This document shows positions 62,752 to 64,000 of a stretch of DNA of 64,000 nucleotides, piece by piece (position 1 is the stretch's first letter; each line of letters starts with the position of its first letter). Below the pieces are notes generated by a model. The model saw only the letters and a program-made list of their open reading frames with translations, was not told the DNA's origin and searched no databases. Position numbers and translations under genes: made by a program. Origin of the DNA: Mytilus californianus (taxonomy: Eukaryota); the NCBI RefSeq assembly GCF_021869535.1, contig NW_026262734.1:26040001-26104000 (forward strand), given 5' to 3'.

Positions 62752-64000
62752 TTACAAGTGTATATACCTTTTTTGTCAACTCTTAATCACCCGAATAGAA
62801 ATATTTTGCATCAATGCAACAACCTTATTTGGTGGTGTATGCATAGCAAGTGACGCTTACCCTGTACATGCACACGGTCACCAGCCGGGAATCATGCGAT
62901 GTTCTGGAAATTTTGTTTTTTCATTATTAATTTGTATGTTCTACATAAATTACTGATATTGGATAAATCTAACACACGCGTATTTAAGTGATAATTTCAT
63001 CATTTAAATCGATACATTTGCTTTTAGATAATGATGTTTGCAATATATTGCTTGCAAACAAATGCAGCTGTCACTTTAGAATAAGGAAAATTTAGATATG
63101 TTTAAAATATTGTAATTATTCATTTTTATTATTTTATAATAAAAAAGAGGAAATAGTTTGTCAATTAAAAAATATTTCTTACAAAAGAAAGGAAACAGAA
63201 TGAGTTTTCCTTTTTAATACATAGGTTCCTTATCATATACTATATTTGTTTTTATTTCCCGTTTTTTATTTACATTGTGTACCTTTGAAATAATGATTTG
63301 TCGGTAATGACAAATAAATTTACAACTTTTTTTCTATATCTATATCTAGATTTTAGAAGATCCTATATTTATGATTCGTTCAGTTTCGAAGGAAATGCAA
63401 AATGTACTGTCTTGAATAAGATATGATTCCTTACAAAAAAGTACAACAAAAATACTAAACTCCAAAGCATATTCAAAAAGGAGAAGTCCATAAAAATTGA
63501 CAAAATTAAACGCTCTCAATGAACTGAACATGTGAAAAACAACTGCCGTATTACTAACTTAGTATGGGCATCTCCCGACGAAAATGGTGGGTGAAACCTT
63601 GTTTTATAGCTAGCTAAACCTCCCACTTGTATGACTGTTGTTTATAGTTCCGTTACATAGACAACAATCGGTAAGTAACTTAAACAGACATAACTGGTTA
63701 ATGTGACAATAATTGGAACCCAGCAGTCAAAAATGTGTAAACGTACATCACAGACATACAACAAAATTGACTAAAAAATTCAAACAAACATACAAGTTAA
63801 TCCAACAAAGACGAAAAAAAAGGGTAGAAAATAGTATAACTCATCGTAAATGCAAGACGAAAAATTTGTACTCCAGATGCGCGTTTCTTCTACAAAAGAC
63901 TCATCAGTGACGTAAGTTAATGACGTCTCCAAGAAAAAAGTGTTACAAATTGTCATTCTATATAACTACGCTGGTGAAATATTCAATTAAGTGACCTTCT
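62752..64000. repeat. Local segmental duplication, copy 2 (runs to the window end)
   Basis: Matches 59664-60905. Confidence 0.9.

Overview
AT-rich eukaryotic genomic DNA with introns and dense repeats. The repeat families look like those of a bivalve mollusc such as Mytilus, which is an inference. Three main things stand out. (1) A tandem cluster of three spliced, divergent TIMP/NTR-domain genes lies on the + strand. Gene A is partial (exons 3-4 at 4623-6389), gene B spans 15951-20949 (143 aa) and gene C spans 32555-42988 (142 aa). B and C encode a signal peptide, an N-terminal C-x-C and six Cys, with no C-terminal TIMP domain; A's two visible exons match. (2) A head-to-tail array of ~539-bp units at 1083-3980 sits in (TA)n. 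Each full unit carries an intact minimal type I hammerhead ribozyme on the - strand, giving a retrozyme-like architecture. Decayed hammerheads of other families and Penelope-like RT remnants are scattered through the window. (3) A frameshifted DDE-type transposase remnant at ~48140-49843 ends in a Spindlin/Ssty-like Tudor module. The rest is MITEs, a 4.3-kb TIR element in an intron, Helentron-like elements and local duplications. Most ORFs in the supplied track are spurious readings of repeats. No rRNA, tRNA or CRISPR was seen. All calls come from reading by eye, and no database search was run.
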